From Anaeromyxobacteraceae bacterium (lineage in GTDB: Bacteria; Myxococcota; Myxococcia; Myxococcales; Anaeromyxobacteraceae): 64,000 nt of DNA. The position numbers were made by a program, and so were the translations under genes. The notes under the pieces are model-generated. The model saw nothing but the letters and a program-made list of their open reading frames with translations. It was not told where the DNA came from and ran no database searches. Location of the stretch: contig JASGHJ010000002.1 in the NCBI GenBank assembly GCA_047602405.1, forward strand, positions 1,504,001-1,568,000, given 5' to 3'. Shown in pieces: positions 33,761 to 46,204 of this stretch. Every line of letters begins with the position of its first letter. Within the stretch, counting starts at the first letter, position 1.

Positions 33761-34616
33761 ATGTCCGACGCCCTCTTCATCGGCGCCCTGCGCCTCGTCC
33801 CGAAGAACCTCGTCTCCCGCCTCGCCGGCGCGGCGACCCGCTGGCGCGCGCCCGCGTTCATCCGGCACGGCGCGATGCGCGCCTTCGCGGCCCGCTACGG
33901 CATCGACCTCTCCGAGTGCCCGGAGGTGGAGACCTACCGGACGTTCGGCGAGTTCTTCGCCCGCCCGCTCCGGCCCGGCCTGCGCCCGGTGGCGCCCGGG
34001 CAGGACGTGCTCGTCTCTCCGGTCGACGGCACGGTCTCGGAGGCCGGCCTCTCGACCGCCGGGAAGATGCTGCAGGCGAAGGGGATCGACTACTCCGTCG
34101 AGGCGCTCGTCGGCGACGCGGGGCTCGCGAGGCGGCTGGAAGGAGGCGCCTGGACGACCATCTACCTCTCGCCGAAGGACTACCACCGGATCCACTTCCC
34201 GCTCGGCGGCGAGGTGACCGGCTGGCGGTACGTGCCCGGGAAGCTCTGGCCGGTGAACCCCGCCTCGGTGCGCACGGTGCCCGGGCTCTTCACCGTGAAC
34301 GAGCGGCTCGTGACCGTGCTCCGGACGGCGCACGGCCTCTGCGCGGTGGTGGCGGTCGGCGCGACCGTGGTCGGCCGCGTGAAGGCCTACTACGACCCGG
34401 CGGTCCCGATGACCAACACCGCCACCCGCCCCGCGGGCCGCGACTACGAGACCGCCATCCCCGTCGAGAAGGGGCAGGAGCTCGGCGCCTTCGAGATGGG
34501 CTCGACGGTGATCCTGCCTCTTCGAGCCGGGCAGGGTCGCGCTCGACGCCCGCCTCGCGCCCGGGCTGAAGCTCCGGGTGGGCGAGCCGATCGGCACGAG
34601 TGTCGAGGGGGCGTAG
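33761..34616 (+). CDS. psd: Phosphatidylserine decarboxylase; +1 frameshift at ~34517
   Basis: [35 protein letters not shown] (pyruvoyl cleavage motif). Corrected tail LFEPG...LRVGEPIG ends TAG 34614-34616. Confidence 0.93.
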
Positions 34617-34682
34617 CCCCTCCCCGTCGAGCGGAGCTCGCCGGGGCCCCTCCCCGGATCTGCTCCGCTGCGCTTCGCAGGG
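34606..34682. repeat. REP-like element (modules A+B)
   Basis: ccccgtcgagcggagctcgccggggcccctccccggatctgctccgctgcgcttcgcag; closely matches 50511-50588. Confidence 0.75.
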
Positions 34683-34733
34683 CGTCGCCGACCCCGTGCA
34701 GGGCCGCCCGGCCTCTGGTACAACCCGCCGGCC

Positions 34734-35981
34734 ATGAAGATCGCGGGCGTCAAGGGGATGAACGACGTGCTCCCGGGGCAGATCGCCCGGTGGCACGAGA
34801 TGGAGTCGGTCGCGCGCGAGGTGTTCGCGCTCTACGGGTACCGCGAGGTCCGCACGCCCGCCGTCGAGCACGCGGCGCTCTTCGCCCGCGGCGTGGGCGA
34901 GGTGACCGACATCGTCACGAAGGAGATGTACGTCTTCGAGGACAAGGGCGAGGAGCTCCTCGCGCTGCGCCCCGAGGGCACCGCCGGCACGGTCCGTGCC
35001 TTCGTCGAGCACGGCGTGCACGTGGAGGGGCCGCAGAAGTGGTACTACGTCGGCCCGATGTTCCGGCGGGAGCGCCCGCAGAAGGGCCGCTACCGCCAGT
35101 TCCACCAGATCGGCTGCGAGGCCTTCGGCATCGCCGAGCCCCTCATCGACGCCGAGCAGATCGCGATGGTCGCCGACTTCCTCGGGCGGCTCGGGGTCAC
35201 CGCGACCCTGAAGATCAACTCGGTCGGCGACAAGGCCTGCCGGCCGGCGTACCTCGCCGAGCTGAAGGCGTACCTCACCGAGCGCAGGGACCAGCTCTGC
35301 GGCGACTGCAGGGAGCGCATCGAGAAGAACCCGCTGCGGGTCCTCGACTGCAAGGTCGAGTCCTGCCAGCCCATCCTGAACGGCGCGCCGCGGCTGCTGG
35401 ACCGGCTCTGCGACGGCTGCCGCGCCCACCTCGACGCCGTGAAGGGCGGCCTCGACGCGCTCGGCGTGAAGTACGAGGTCCACCCCCGGCTCGTGCGCGG
35501 GCTCGACTACTACGTCCGCACCGCCTACGAGTTCACGAGCGACGCGCTCGGGTCGCAGTCGGCGGTGGCCGGCGGCGGCCGCTACGACGGGCTCGTCGAG
35601 ACCCTCGGCGGCCCGCCCACGCCCGGCATCGGCTTCGGGCTCGGGCAGGAGCGGCTCGCGCTCATCCTCGAGTCCATCGGCCGGGTGCCCCCGGAGCGCA
35701 AGCCGGCCGTGTTCTTCGTCTCGGCCGACGAGGCCGGCGCCCGGGAGGCCCTGAAGCGCGCCTCCGAGCTCCGCCGGGCCGGGGTCGCCTGCGACCTCGA
35801 CCCGCGCGGCGGCAAGATGAAGGCGCAGTTCCGCCAGGCGGAGCGGGTGGGGGCCCGGTACGCGGTCGTGCTCGGCTCGGCCGAGGTGGAGAGCGGCCAG
35901 GCGAAGATGAAGGACGTGGCGAGCCGGGAGGAAATTCCGGTGGTCCTCGCCGACCTCGTGTCCCGTCTCCGCGGCACCTAG
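34734..35981 (+). CDS. hisS: Histidine--tRNA ligase
   Basis: [31 protein letters not shown] and GGGRYD motifs. Confidence 0.98.
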   Translation: MKIAGVKGMNDVLPGQIARWHEMESVAREVFALYGYREVRTPAVEHAALFARGVGEVTDIVTKEMYVFEDKGEELLALRPEGTAGTVRAFVEHGVHVEGPQKWYYVGPMFRRERPQKGRYRQFHQIGCEAFGIAEPLIDAEQIAMVADFLGRLGVTATLKINSVGDKACRPAYLAELKAYLTERRDQLCGDCRERIEKNPLRVLDCKVESCQPILNGAPRLLDRLCDGCRAHLDAVKGGLDALGVKYEVHPRLVRGLDYYVRTAYEFTSDALGSQSAVAGGGRYDGLVETLGGPPTPGIGFGLGQERLALILESIGRVPPERKPAVFFVSADEAGAREALKRASELRRAGVACDLDPRGGKMKAQFRQAERVGARYAVVLGSAEVESGQAKMKDVASREEIPVVLADLVSRLRGT

Positions 35982-36026
35982 CCTGGCGGGCGCCCGCCTC
36001 GCGGACGCCCGCCCCCCTGTGCCAGA

Positions 36027-36641
36027 ATGGCGCTCACCATGCGCCTGCTCACCTTCTCCCTCACCGCCCTCCTGACCGTGGCCCTCCCGGCGGCCGCCCT
36101 GGCCGAGGACGAGATCGGCGTGGGCCTGCCCGCGCCCGGCTTCACGGTGAAGACCCTCAACCCGGAGGTCGCGGGCGTGCCGAACGTGTCCCTCGGCCAG
36201 CTCGTCGGCCCGGACGCCGAGGACCCGGGCTCGAAGGTCGTGCTGCTCACCTTCTTCGCCTCCTGGTGCAAGCCGTGCCAGAAGGAGATGCCCTTCCTCA
36301 TCCAGCTCGACCGGATGTACCGGGAGCAGGGCCTCAGGGTCGTGGCGGTGAACATCGACCAGGAGGAGAAGGCCATCGCGCTCGCGAAGCAGCAGATCAC
36401 CGCCGCGGGCGTCCGCTACCCGGTGCTCTCCGACCGCTTCAACTTCCTCGCCCGCCGCTACCTCGGCGACAAGGCGCCGCTGCCCTCGGTCTTCATCATC
36501 GACCGGGAGGGCAACGTGACGAAGATCGAGCGCGGCTACTCGAACGACGCCTCGACCTTCCTGCTCGCCGAGGTCCAGGCGGGCCTGGGGCTGAAGCCGG
36601 CCACGAAGGTGCCGGCCGCCGCCGGGAAGCACGCGCCGTGA
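36027..36641 (+). CDS. TlpA-like thiol:disulfide oxidoreductase (exported); start may be 36039
   Basis: Signal peptide; [25 protein letters not shown]. Confidence 0.9.
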   Translation: MALTMRLLTFSLTALLTVALPAAALAEDEIGVGLPAPGFTVKTLNPEVAGVPNVSLGQLVGPDAEDPGSKVVLLTFFASWCKPCQKEMPFLIQLDRMYREQGLRVVAVNIDQEEKAIALAKQQITAAGVRYPVLSDRFNFLARRYLGDKAPLPSVFIIDREGNVTKIERGYSNDASTFLLAEVQAGLGLKPATKVPAAAGKHAP

Positions 36642-37090
36642 CGCTCGCGGCCCTCGCGCTCGCGGCGCTCGTCGCCGCGGAGGCGGGGGGACCCGCCGGG
36701 AAGCTGGTGCTCGAGGGGCTCGAGGCCCGCGAGGCGCCGAGGCCGCTCGCCGGGCTCGTCGAGCAGCGGCTCTGCCAGGCGCTCGGCGAACACCTCCCCA
36801 GCGCCGAGCTCGTCTGCCCGGAGGACGTCGTGGCGGCCACCGAGATGGCGCGCAACGACGCCATCATGGGCCGGTGCTCGAGCGATGCCTGCCTCGGACG
36901 CGTGGAGGAGATGCGCCGCGCGCCGCGCAAGCTCTCCGCGCGGCTGGCCCGCGACGGGAAGGGCTGGCTCCTCACGCTCGTGCTGCGCACCGACGGCGAG
37001 CCGGAGCCGCGCACCGCGAAGGCCCGCCTCCCCGACGACGCGGACGCAATCCTGTCGCGCGTCCCCGACCTCGTGAACCAGCTCCTCTGA
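36638..37090 (+). CDS. Hypothetical exported protein
   Basis: Hydrophobic N-terminus, four Cys (C..C..CSSDAC); GTGA overlap with tlpA-like stop. Confidence 0.6.
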   Translation: MTLAALALAALVAAEAGGPAGKLVLEGLEAREAPRPLAGLVEQRLCQALGEHLPSAELVCPEDVVAATEMARNDAIMGRCSSDACLGRVEEMRRAPRKLSARLARDGKGWLLTLVLRTDGEPEPRTAKARLPDDADAILSRVPDLVNQLL

Positions 37091-37995
37091 TCCGCCTCGT
37101 CGCCATCGCCGGCCCCACCGCCTCGGGCAAGACCGCCCTCGCGATCGCGCTCGCGCGGCGGCTCGACGGCGAGCTGCTGAACGCCGACTCGCAGGCCGTC
37201 TACCGCGGCCTCGAGGTCGGGACGGCGAAGCCCGACGCGGCGGAGCGCGCGGCCGCCCCGCACCACCTCCTCGACCTCGTCGAGCGGGGCGAGGGGATGG
37301 ACGCCGCGCGCTGGGCCTCGCTCGCGGACGCGGCGATCGCGGAGATCGCCGCGCGGGGCCACCTGCCCATCGTGGTCGGCGGCACCGGGCTCTACCTGCG
37401 CGCGCTCCTCCACGGGGTCGTGGCGGCGCCCGGGCGCGACCCCGCGCTCCGGGCGCGGCTCGAGGCCGAGGCCGCCGCGCTCGGCCGGCCGGCGCTGCAC
37501 GCGCGCCTCGCCGCGGTGGACCCCGCCGCGGCGGCGCGCATCGGGCCGAACGATCTCGTCCGGATCGTGCGCGCGCTCGAGATCGCCGCCGGGGGACGCA
37601 CGCAGTCGGAGCTCCACGCCGCGCACGGGTTCGAGGCCGTGCGCTACGACGCGGCGATCCTCGCGCTCGACCCGCCCCGTGACGAGCTCCACCGCCGCAT
37701 CGACGCGCGCGTCGTGGCGATGTTCGACCGGGGGCTGCTCGACGAGGCGAGGGCGCTCGACGCCCGCTTCGGCGAGTCGCTCCCGCCGAAGCTGCCGATC
37801 GGCTACGCCGAGGCGGTCGCGGTCGTGCGCGGCGAGCTCGACCGGGCGGAGGCGATCCGGCGGGTCCAGGCCGCGCACCGACGGTACGCGAAGCGGCAGC
37901 TCACGTGGCTGCGCGGAGAGCGCGGCGTCGAGTGGATCGCGCCGCCGTACGACGCGGACGCCTTGGCGCGGCGCGTCGCCGGCGAGCCCGGCTGA
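37087..37995 (+). CDS. miaA: tRNA dimethylallyltransferase (probable CTG start)
   Basis: [32 protein letters not shown] and YAKRQLTW motifs. Confidence 0.95.
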   Translation: MIRLVAIAGPTASGKTALAIALARRLDGELLNADSQAVYRGLEVGTAKPDAAERAAAPHHLLDLVERGEGMDAARWASLADAAIAEIAARGHLPIVVGGTGLYLRALLHGVVAAPGRDPALRARLEAEAAALGRPALHARLAAVDPAAAARIGPNDLVRIVRALEIAAGGRTQSELHAAHGFEAVRYDAAILALDPPRDELHRRIDARVVAMFDRGLLDEARALDARFGESLPPKLPIGYAEAVAVVRGELDRAEAIRRVQAAHRRYAKRQLTWLRGERGVEWIAPPYDADALARRVAGEPG

Positions 37996-38066
37996 CCCTG
38001 GGCTCCTGCCAGGGAGGGGCCCCGCGGAGCTCTGCTCCGCGGGGAGGGGCGCGCCGAGCGCCCCTC
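37996..38066. repeat. REP-like element (module A, reverse orientation)
   Basis: Reverse complement reads ccccgcggagcagagctccgcggggcccctccctggcagg. Confidence 0.7.
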
Positions 38067-38112
38067 GAAGGCGCAGGGTGCGTCGCGGCAGGCCCCGTGC
38101 TATCCAACCGAC

Positions 38113-39081
38113 GTGTCCCGACCCGCGTTCGCGCTCGAGTTCGAGCGCCCCATCTTCGCCCTCGAAGACAAGATCGCCGAGCTGAAGGAGCTGTCCGGCT
38201 CCGCGCGCATCGACGTCACCGAAGCCGTCGCGAAGCTCGAGCGGCAGGCCAAGAAGCTCCAGGAGAAGACCTTCTCCGAGCTCACGCCCTGGCAGATCGT
38301 CCAGCTCGCCCGGCACCCGGCGCGGCCGTACACGCTCGACTACCTGTCCCGGCTCTTCACCGGGTTCTTCGAGCTCGAGGGCGACCGGCGCTTCGCCGCC
38401 GACCACGCCATCGTCGGCGGCCTCGCGCGCTTCCGCGGCGAGCCGGTGGTGGTGATGGGCCACCAGAAGGGCCGCGGCACGAAGGAGAACATGCTGCGGA
38501 ACTTCGGGATGCCGCGCCCCGAGGGCTACCGCAAGGCGCGCCGCCTCTTCGATCTCGCCGAGCGGTTCCGCCGGCCGCTGGTGGTCTTCATCGACACGCC
38601 CGGCGCGTACCCGGGCATCGGCGCCGAGGAGCGCGGCCAGGCCGAGGCGATCGCGGTCAACCTCGAGGTGATGTCCTCCCTCACCGTGCCGACCGTCTCG
38701 GTCGTGATCGGGGAGGGCGCCTCCGGCGGCGCGCTCGGGCTCGGGGTGACGAACCGGATCCTGATGCTCCAGTACGCCTGGTACAACGTCATCTCACCGG
38801 AGAGCTGCAGCTCCATCCTCTACCGCGACGCCTCGCAGGGGCAGAAGTCCGCCGAGGCGCTGCGGCTCACGGCGCGGGATCTCGCCGGCTTCGGCATCAC
38901 CGACGAGATCGTCCAGGAGCCCGCCGGCGGGGCGCACCGCGACCACGACCTCGCCGCGAAGCTCGTCGGCGACGCGATCGCGCGGCACCTCGCCGACCTC
39001 GGGAAGCTCGGCGGCGAGCAGCTCGTCGCCGATCGCTACCGCAAGTACCGCGCGATGGGCGTGTTCACCTCCGAGGAGTAG
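38113..39081 (+). CDS. accA: Acetyl-CoA carboxylase carboxyltransferase alpha subunit
   Basis: LEFERPI, ARHPARP, RNFGMPRPEGYRKA, DTPGAYPGIGAEERGQ and VISPE motifs. Confidence 0.98.
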   Translation: MSRPAFALEFERPIFALEDKIAELKELSGSARIDVTEAVAKLERQAKKLQEKTFSELTPWQIVQLARHPARPYTLDYLSRLFTGFFELEGDRRFAADHAIVGGLARFRGEPVVVMGHQKGRGTKENMLRNFGMPRPEGYRKARRLFDLAERFRRPLVVFIDTPGAYPGIGAEERGQAEAIAVNLEVMSSLTVPTVSVVIGEGASGGALGLGVTNRILMLQYAWYNVISPESCSSILYRDASQGQKSAEALRLTARDLAGFGITDEIVQEPAGGAHRDHDLAAKLVGDAIARHLADLGKLGGEQLVADRYRKYRAMGVFTSEE

Positions 39082-39090
39082 CCCGGCGCC

Positions 39091-39543
39091 TCACGGCAGC
39101 GGGATCCGCTCCTCCGGCGCGCCCTTCGGCCCCGCCCGCAGCACGGCGAGGGAACCCTCCCGCGGCCCGAAGGCGCGCACGGCGCCCTCCACGGCCGCCC
39201 AGGCCCTGCGCGCGTCGGGTGCGTCGATCTCGATCACGCAGACGCCGCCCTCCCAGCGGTCGCGGGCGACGGTGCCGGCGCCGCGCTCGGCGAGGAGCCC
39301 GAGCAGGTCCTCCTCGAGCGCGCGGATGCGGTCGCGCTCGGCCTCGGTGCCGTGCGGTCGGCTCGAGAGCGCGAGGTGGAGGCGCAGCTCCTGGGCCCCG
39401 GCCTGCGGCGGCTGCGTCCCGGCCTGCGGCGGCTGCGTCCCGGCCTGCGGCGGCTGGGCGTCGCCGGCCCGCGCCGCCGCCGCCCCCAGGGCGGCCTCGA
39501 CCGTCAGGACGAGGCAAGTCGCGCGGACGAGGGAGGCGAGCAC
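39091..39543 (-). CDS. Hypothetical exported protein with QPPQAG(T/A) repeats
   Basis: Signal-like N-terminus, three 7-aa repeats, small alpha/beta domain. Confidence 0.6.
   Translation of the reverse strand: MLASLVRATCLVLTVEAALGAAAARAGDAQPPQAGTQPPQAGTQPPQAGAQELRLHLALSSRPHGTEAERDRIRALEEDLLGLLAERGAGTVARDRWEGGVCVIEIDAPDARRAWAAVEGAVRAFGPREGSLAVLRAGPKGAPEERIPLP
39400..39456. repeat. 21-bp tandem repeat, ~2.7 copies (in-frame)
   Basis: ggcctgcggcggctgcgtccc x2 plus a partial third copy. Confidence 0.85.
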
Positions 39544-39622
39544 GGACCCATCATGACATCGGGCCAGGCCGGGCGCACCGGCCGTCCCCACCGGAGCGGC
39601 TCCGCGGTATAACCGCCCGGCC

Positions 39623-40718
39623 ATGCCGCTCGTCCCCGCCCACGTCAAGTCCCTGCAGCCGTACGTCCCGGGCAAGCCCATCGAGGAGGTCGAGCGCGAG
39701 TACGGGCTCACCGACGTCGCGAAGCTCGCGTCGAACGAGAACGTGCTCGGTCCGTCGCCGAAGGCGATGGCGGCGGCGCGCGAGGCGATCGCGAAGGTCC
39801 ACCTCTACCCCGACGGCGCGGCCTTCCTGCTGCGGACCGCGCTCGCCCGGAAGCTCGGGGTCGGGCCCGCGGAGGTGTTCGTCGGGAACGGCTCGAACGA
39901 GCTCATCGAGCTCATCGTGAAGACGTTCGTGCTCGAGGGCGAGGAGGTGCTCACCTCCGCGCAGACCTTCATCGCCTACAAGCTCGCGGCCCAGGCGCAC
40001 GGCAAGACGCTCGTCGAGGCGCCGATGAAGGGGCGCTTCCACTACGACCTCGACGCGCTCAAGAAGCTCATGAGCCGGCGCACGAAGGTCGTGTTCCTCG
40101 CGAACCCGGACAACCCGACCGGCAGCACGTTCCCGGAGGGCGACCTCGTCACGTTCCTCGACGGCGTGCCGAAGGAGACGCTCGTCGTCCTGGACGAGGC
40201 CTACCAGGAGTTCGTCGACGGGGGCGGCTACCAGGACGCGCTCGCGCTCCGGAAGAAGTACACGAACCTCGTGGTGCTCCGGACCTTCTCCAGAATCCAC
40301 GGGCTCGCGGGCCTGCGGCTCGGCTACGGCGTCGCCCGGGAGGAGCTCGTCGAGTACCTCGACCGCGTGCGCGCGCCCTTCAACGTGAACCTCGTCGCGC
40401 AGGCCGCGGGCGTCGCCGCGCTCTCCGACGAGGAGCACGTCGCCCGGAGCCGGGCGCTCGTGCTCGCCGAGCGGCCGTTCCTCTTCGAGGGGCTGCGCGC
40501 GCTCGGGGCCACCGCCGTGCCGTCGCAGGGCAACTTCGTGCTCGCCGACTTCCCGGGCCATCCGGCGAAGGAGCTGCTTCGAGGCGCTCCTGCGCCGCGG
40601 GGTGGTCGTGCGGCCGATGCACGGCTACGGCTTCCCGAACGCCCAGCGCATCACGGTGGGGCGGCGCCCGGACAACGAGCGCTGCCTCGCGGCGCTGGCG
40701 GCGGTGCTGGGAGCGTGA
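39623..40718 (+). CDS. hisC: Histidinol-phosphate aminotransferase; +1 frameshift at ~40576
   Basis: KLASNENVLG, GNGSNELI, NPDNPTG, LDEAY, RTFS.IHGLAGLRLGY; corrected tail RITVGRRPDNERCL ends at GTGA overlap with cmk. Confidence 0.93.
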
Positions 40719-41419
40719 CCGTGCCCGGACGCCCGATCATCGTGGCCATCGACGGCCCCGCCGGCGCGGGCAAGTCGTCGACCTCCCGGCTGCTGGCCAC
40801 CCGGCTCGGCTACGCCATGGTCGACACCGGCGCGATCTACCGGACGGTGGCGCTCGCCGCGTCGCGCGCCGGGATCGCGCTCGACGACGACCCGCGCCTC
40901 GGTGAGCTCCTCCCGCGGGTCCTGATCCGGTTCACGCCGCGCCCGGGCGGCGGGCAGCGCGTGCTGCTCGGCGAGGAGGACGTGTCCGAGGCGATCCGCA
41001 CGCCGCCCATGTCGCTCGGCGCGAGCGCGGTGTCGGCCCGGCCGGTCGTGCGCGCAGGGCTCCTCGAGCTGCAGCGACGTCTCGCGACCGCGCCGGACAA
41101 CGCGGGGGCCGTGCTCGAGGGGCGCGACATCGGCACGGTCGTCTTCCCCGACGCCGACGCCAAGTTCTTCCTCACCGCCGCGCCCGAGGTCCGGGCCCGC
41201 CGCCGCTTCGCGGAGCTCCAGGCGAAGGGCGACCCGTCGACCTTCGAGCAGGTGCTCGCCGATCAGCTGAAGCGGGACCGGGACGACTCCTCGCGCGCGG
41301 TCGCGCCGCTCGTGCCCGCGGCCGACGCGGAGGTGATCGACACGGGCGGCCGCACGCTCGAGGACGTCGTGGAGGCGCTCGCCGAGCGGGTGCGCCGCCG
41401 CGCGGGGGCCCGCGGGTGA
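40715..41419 (+). CDS. cmk: Cytidylate kinase
   Basis: AIDGPAGAGKSS, DTGAIYR, EGRDIGTVVFPDA and RDRDDSSR motifs. Confidence 0.96.
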   Translation: MTVPGRPIIVAIDGPAGAGKSSTSRLLATRLGYAMVDTGAIYRTVALAASRAGIALDDDPRLGELLPRVLIRFTPRPGGGQRVLLGEEDVSEAIRTPPMSLGASAVSARPVVRAGLLELQRRLATAPDNAGAVLEGRDIGTVVFPDADAKFFLTAAPEVRARRRFAELQAKGDPSTFEQVLADQLKRDRDDSSRAVAPLVPAADAEVIDTGGRTLEDVVEALAERVRRRAGARG

Positions 41420-42063
41420 CCGAGGGGGGCTACCCGCCGCGCTCCTGCGGCAACTGCCGCCTCTGGCGGCCGGTGCTCGAGGACGACCGCGGCCCCATCG
41501 GCCCCTGCCGGCTCGAGGTCCGCACCGGCAACTTCGCCGGCACCGCCCCCGCCTGCGAGCGGTTCCTGTCCCGCGCCGCCGCCATCCCGGCCGCCGTGCC
41601 CGAGGCGCCGGAGCGCCACCGGGCGCCGCGCCCGGCGGGCCTGCGCGTGCGGCGCGCGGACGAGCCCGAGCTGCCGCTCCCGACCCACGGTCCCCTTCCG
41701 GAGGAGCTGACGGACATGACCCGCGAAGAGTTCGCACAGGCGATCCGCGAGGCGCTGCTCGAGGACACGAAGCCCGTCCCGCTCGCGCCCAAGTGGGAGG
41801 GCGGCTCGGTGGTGCTGAAGCCCGGGGACCCCGGGACGCAGCCGAAGGAGATCCCGCTCGACAGCCTGTTCCACAAGATCGTGATGATCCGGGACCGGCT
41901 GCGCGTGCTCGAGCAGAAGGTGAACGGCCACGACAAGATGTCGGACGCCGAGAAGGTCGAGCTCCAGCAGTACGTGACCCGCTGCTACGGCTCGCTCACG
42001 ACCTTCAACGTGCTCTTCCGCGACGAGCGGGACCGGTTCGTCGGCGAGAAGGGCGACAAGTAG
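41416..42063 (+). CDS. Hypothetical protein with N-terminal 4-Cys motif
   Basis: CGNC...C...C, then a structured C-terminal domain (FHKIVMIRDRLRVLEQK...YVTRCYGSLTTFNVLF); coupled to cmk. Confidence 0.75.
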   Translation: MTEGGYPPRSCGNCRLWRPVLEDDRGPIGPCRLEVRTGNFAGTAPACERFLSRAAAIPAAVPEAPERHRAPRPAGLRVRRADEPELPLPTHGPLPEELTDMTREEFAQAIREALLEDTKPVPLAPKWEGGSVVLKPGDPGTQPKEIPLDSLFHKIVMIRDRLRVLEQKVNGHDKMSDAEKVELQQYVTRCYGSLTTFNVLFRDERDRFVGEKGDK

Positions 42064-43215
42064 TCACTTGCCGCCCGCGCCGAGCCGCTGGGACTCCACG
42101 GTGGCGCCGAGGCGCGCGAGCTTGCGCTCGAGGGCGGGCAGGGCCGGGTCCTTGACCCGGGCGGCGACGTCCACTGCCTTCGCGTAGGCGCGCATCGCCG
42201 CCTCGACCTCGCCGTTCTTCTCGTAGGCCTCGCCGAGGGCGTCGTGCGTCGACGCCGAACCGGGGTACCGCTCCACGTTGCGCCGGTAGGCGCGGATGGC
42301 CTCGTCGACCTCGCCCTCCTGCAGGAGCTGGCGGGCGGCCGCGTTCGCGACCGCCTCGGGCGGCGCGACCTCGAAGCCCACGCGCCGGGAGAGCGCGTCG
42401 TAGTGGGCCTCGACCGCCACGAGCCCACCCCGCGGCCCGGCGTCGCCCTCGGCGACCGGCATCCGGAACGGCGCGAAGAGGGCCGCGAGGCCGCGGTACT
42501 GGCCCGGGAAGACCGCGCTCGCCGTGTCCTCGCCCGGGAGCTCGAGCGCCGTGAACGCGAGGCCCTTCGCCGGGGCGAGCGCCTCCGCCAGGCGCCGCAC
42601 GCCGGCGGCGCTCGCGGCGCCCTCGTCGCCGCGGGTGGCGATCACCGCGCCGGCGAGCCCGGGGCGGGTCGCGGCGGCGGCGAGCGCGGCGAGGAGCGGA
42701 TCCTCGGCGGCGAGGCGCGGGCTCATCGCGAGGTGGGCCCGGAACATCCCCGGGCGCGCCCCGAGCACGTGGAGGGCGAAGCGGGCGCCGTCGCCGTGCC
42801 CGGCGAGGATCCGGTACGGGGCGGCCCGGTAGGTCTTCTCCACCCAGGGCACCACCTCGTTCTCGAGGAAGGCGAGGAGCGTGGGCTCGCCGTCCGCGAG
42901 CTCCGCCGCCCGGTCGCGGTGGACGAGCCCCACGAGCACCACAGGCGGGATCCGGCCCAGCCGCTCGAGGAACCGTGCCGAGGCGGCGAACCCGTCGAGG
43001 TTGGCGAGGCCGTCGGTGAAGTAGACCACCGGGTACTTGCGGTCCCGCTCCCAGGGCCGGTCGTAGGCCGCCGGGGTCCGCACCACGAGCTGCCGCTCGC
43101 CGTGGTACGTCGCGGAGCGGAGCGTGACGAGCCGGATGTCCTCCTGGGCGAGCGCCGGGCGGGCGACCGTGGCGAGGGCGAGGAGGGCCAGGGGAAGGGC
43201 GGGGGAGGTGCGCAT
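42064..43215 (-). CDS. Exported putative-esterase (alpha/beta hydrolase) fold + TPR protein
   Basis: Signal peptide; KYPVVYFTDG; FLENEVVPWVEKTY; LAGHGDGA elbow; C-terminal TPR (HDALGEAYEKNG). Confidence 0.8.
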   Translation of the reverse strand: MRTSPALPLALLALATVARPALAQEDIRLVTLRSATYHGERQLVVRTPAAYDRPWERDRKYPVVYFTDGLANLDGFAASARFLERLGRIPPVVLVGLVHRDRAAELADGEPTLLAFLENEVVPWVEKTYRAAPYRILAGHGDGARFALHVLGARPGMFRAHLAMSPRLAAEDPLLAALAAAATRPGLAGAVIATRGDEGAASAAGVRRLAEALAPAKGLAFTALELPGEDTASAVFPGQYRGLAALFAPFRMPVAEGDAGPRGGLVAVEAHYDALSRRVGFEVAPPEAVANAAARQLLQEGEVDEAIRAYRRNVERYPGSASTHDALGEAYEKNGEVEAAMRAYAKAVDVAARVKDPALPALERKLARLGATVESQRLGAGGK

Positions 43216-43327
43216 CGGGGGCTCCGGGGGGTGCAGGCGGCCGGGAGGGGGGCCCGGCACGGCCCAGGCGTACGCTGCCTTCGCTGAATCTGGCCCGCCG
43301 GGCGGCCGCGCGCTATATGGACGACCC

Positions 43328-44218
43328 GTGGACGTCAAGATCGCGAGAACGGCAGGATTTTGCTGGGGTGTGCGCAGGACCGTGGACAAGGTCATGGAGG
43401 TCGCCGACCAGGCCTTGGGCCCGGTCGTGACCCTCGGCCCCATCATCCACAACCCGCAGGCGGTGGCGCGGTTCCGCGAGAAGGGCGTCGCGACGCTCGA
43501 GGCGGTGGCCGACGTCGCCGACGGCACGACGGTGGTGGTGCGCACGCACGGGGCCGTGAAGCACGAGCTGGATCAGGCCGAGGCGCGCGGGCTCAACGTC
43601 GTCGACGGCACCTGCCCCTACGTGAAGTACCCGCAGGCGATGGCGCAGCGGCTCTCGAAGGAGGGCTACCACATCGTCATCGTCGGGGACGCAAACCACG
43701 CCGAGATCAAGGGCGTCGTCTCCTACGCCGAGGCGCCGTGCACGGTCATCAAGCCGGGCGCGCCGGTCCCCGAGATCAAGGCGAAGCGCATCGCGGTGCT
43801 CGCGCAGACGACCTGCATCGGAGCGGACTTCGAGCGGGTGGTCGGCACGCTCGCGCTCCGCCACAAGGAGGTCCGCGCGGTGAACACCATCTGCAACGAC
43901 ACGGAGGAGCGCCAGGCCGACGCCCGCGCGCTCGCGACCGAGGTCGACGCGGTGGTGGTGGTGGGCGGGAAGAACTCCGCGAACACGCGGCACCTCGCCG
44001 AGATTTGCCGCGAGATCCAGCCGCGGACCTGGCACGTGGAGACCGAGGACGAGCTCCAGGCCGCCTGGTTCGAGGGCTGCAAGGTGGTCGGCCTGTCGGC
44101 CGGCGCCTCGACGCCCGACTGGGTGGTCACCGGCGTGGCCGCCTGGCTGCGGGCGCTGCCCGGCGGCGGGCAGGCGGCGGGTCCGGAGGACGCACCCGCA
44201 GCCTCTGTCGCGCCTTGA
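43328..44218 (+). CDS. ispH: 4-hydroxy-3-methylbut-2-enyl diphosphate reductase
   Basis: AGFCWGVRR, IIHNP, DGTCPYV, HAEI, QTT, NTICNDT and SAGASTP motifs. Confidence 0.97.
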   Translation: MDVKIARTAGFCWGVRRTVDKVMEVADQALGPVVTLGPIIHNPQAVARFREKGVATLEAVADVADGTTVVVRTHGAVKHELDQAEARGLNVVDGTCPYVKYPQAMAQRLSKEGYHIVIVGDANHAEIKGVVSYAEAPCTVIKPGAPVPEIKAKRIAVLAQTTCIGADFERVVGTLALRHKEVRAVNTICNDTEERQADARALATEVDAVVVVGGKNSANTRHLAEICREIQPRTWHVETEDELQAAWFEGCKVVGLSAGASTPDWVVTGVAAWLRALPGGGQAAGPEDAPAASVAP

Positions 44219-44243
44219 CGCCCCGATCCGAGGCGTGTAGCTT
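44215..44243 (+). promoter_or_regulatory. Putative sigma70 promoter of rpsA
   Basis: TTGACG-N17-TAGCTT; the same hexamers occur upstream of gap. Confidence 0.65.
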
Positions 44244-44427
44244 CCGCGCTCCAATGAGGGGAGTGCCGGGGGTTCCCGGCCGACCCGCCCCGCGCCTCGA
44301 TCCCCGGGCGCAGGGCGAGATTTCCACACCAGGGGGAGCGCAGTGATGGCGCCGCAGCCCGGCTTTCGAAACCGAAGCCTTCCTCTCCTGCGCGGCGCGA
44401 TCCCAACGTAAAGGCAGACCACACCGA

Positions 44428-46137
<1,710 letters not shown>

Positions 46138-46172
46138 CCGCGTCGGCAGTCTCCGAAGTCTCGGCCTCACGG

Positions 46173-46204
46173 GCGGGGCGGTCCTCACGGGCCGCCCCGC
46201 TTTC
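46173..46204 (+). terminator. Intrinsic terminator after rpsA
   Basis: gcggggcggtcc-tcac-gggccgccccgc-ttt. Confidence 0.7.

Noticed and set aside
33761..37090. 1109-aa ORF starting in psd
   Set aside because: Frameshift read-through across hisS and the tlpA-like gene.
39623..41419. Apparent HisC-Cmk fusion (598 aa)
   Set aside because: Produced by the +1 insertion at ~40576; the corrected hisC stops at 40718, overlapping the cmk GTG.
44244..44427. Riboswitch in the rpsA leader
   Set aside because: A long leader is normal for rpsA; I could not match a known riboswitch consensus.
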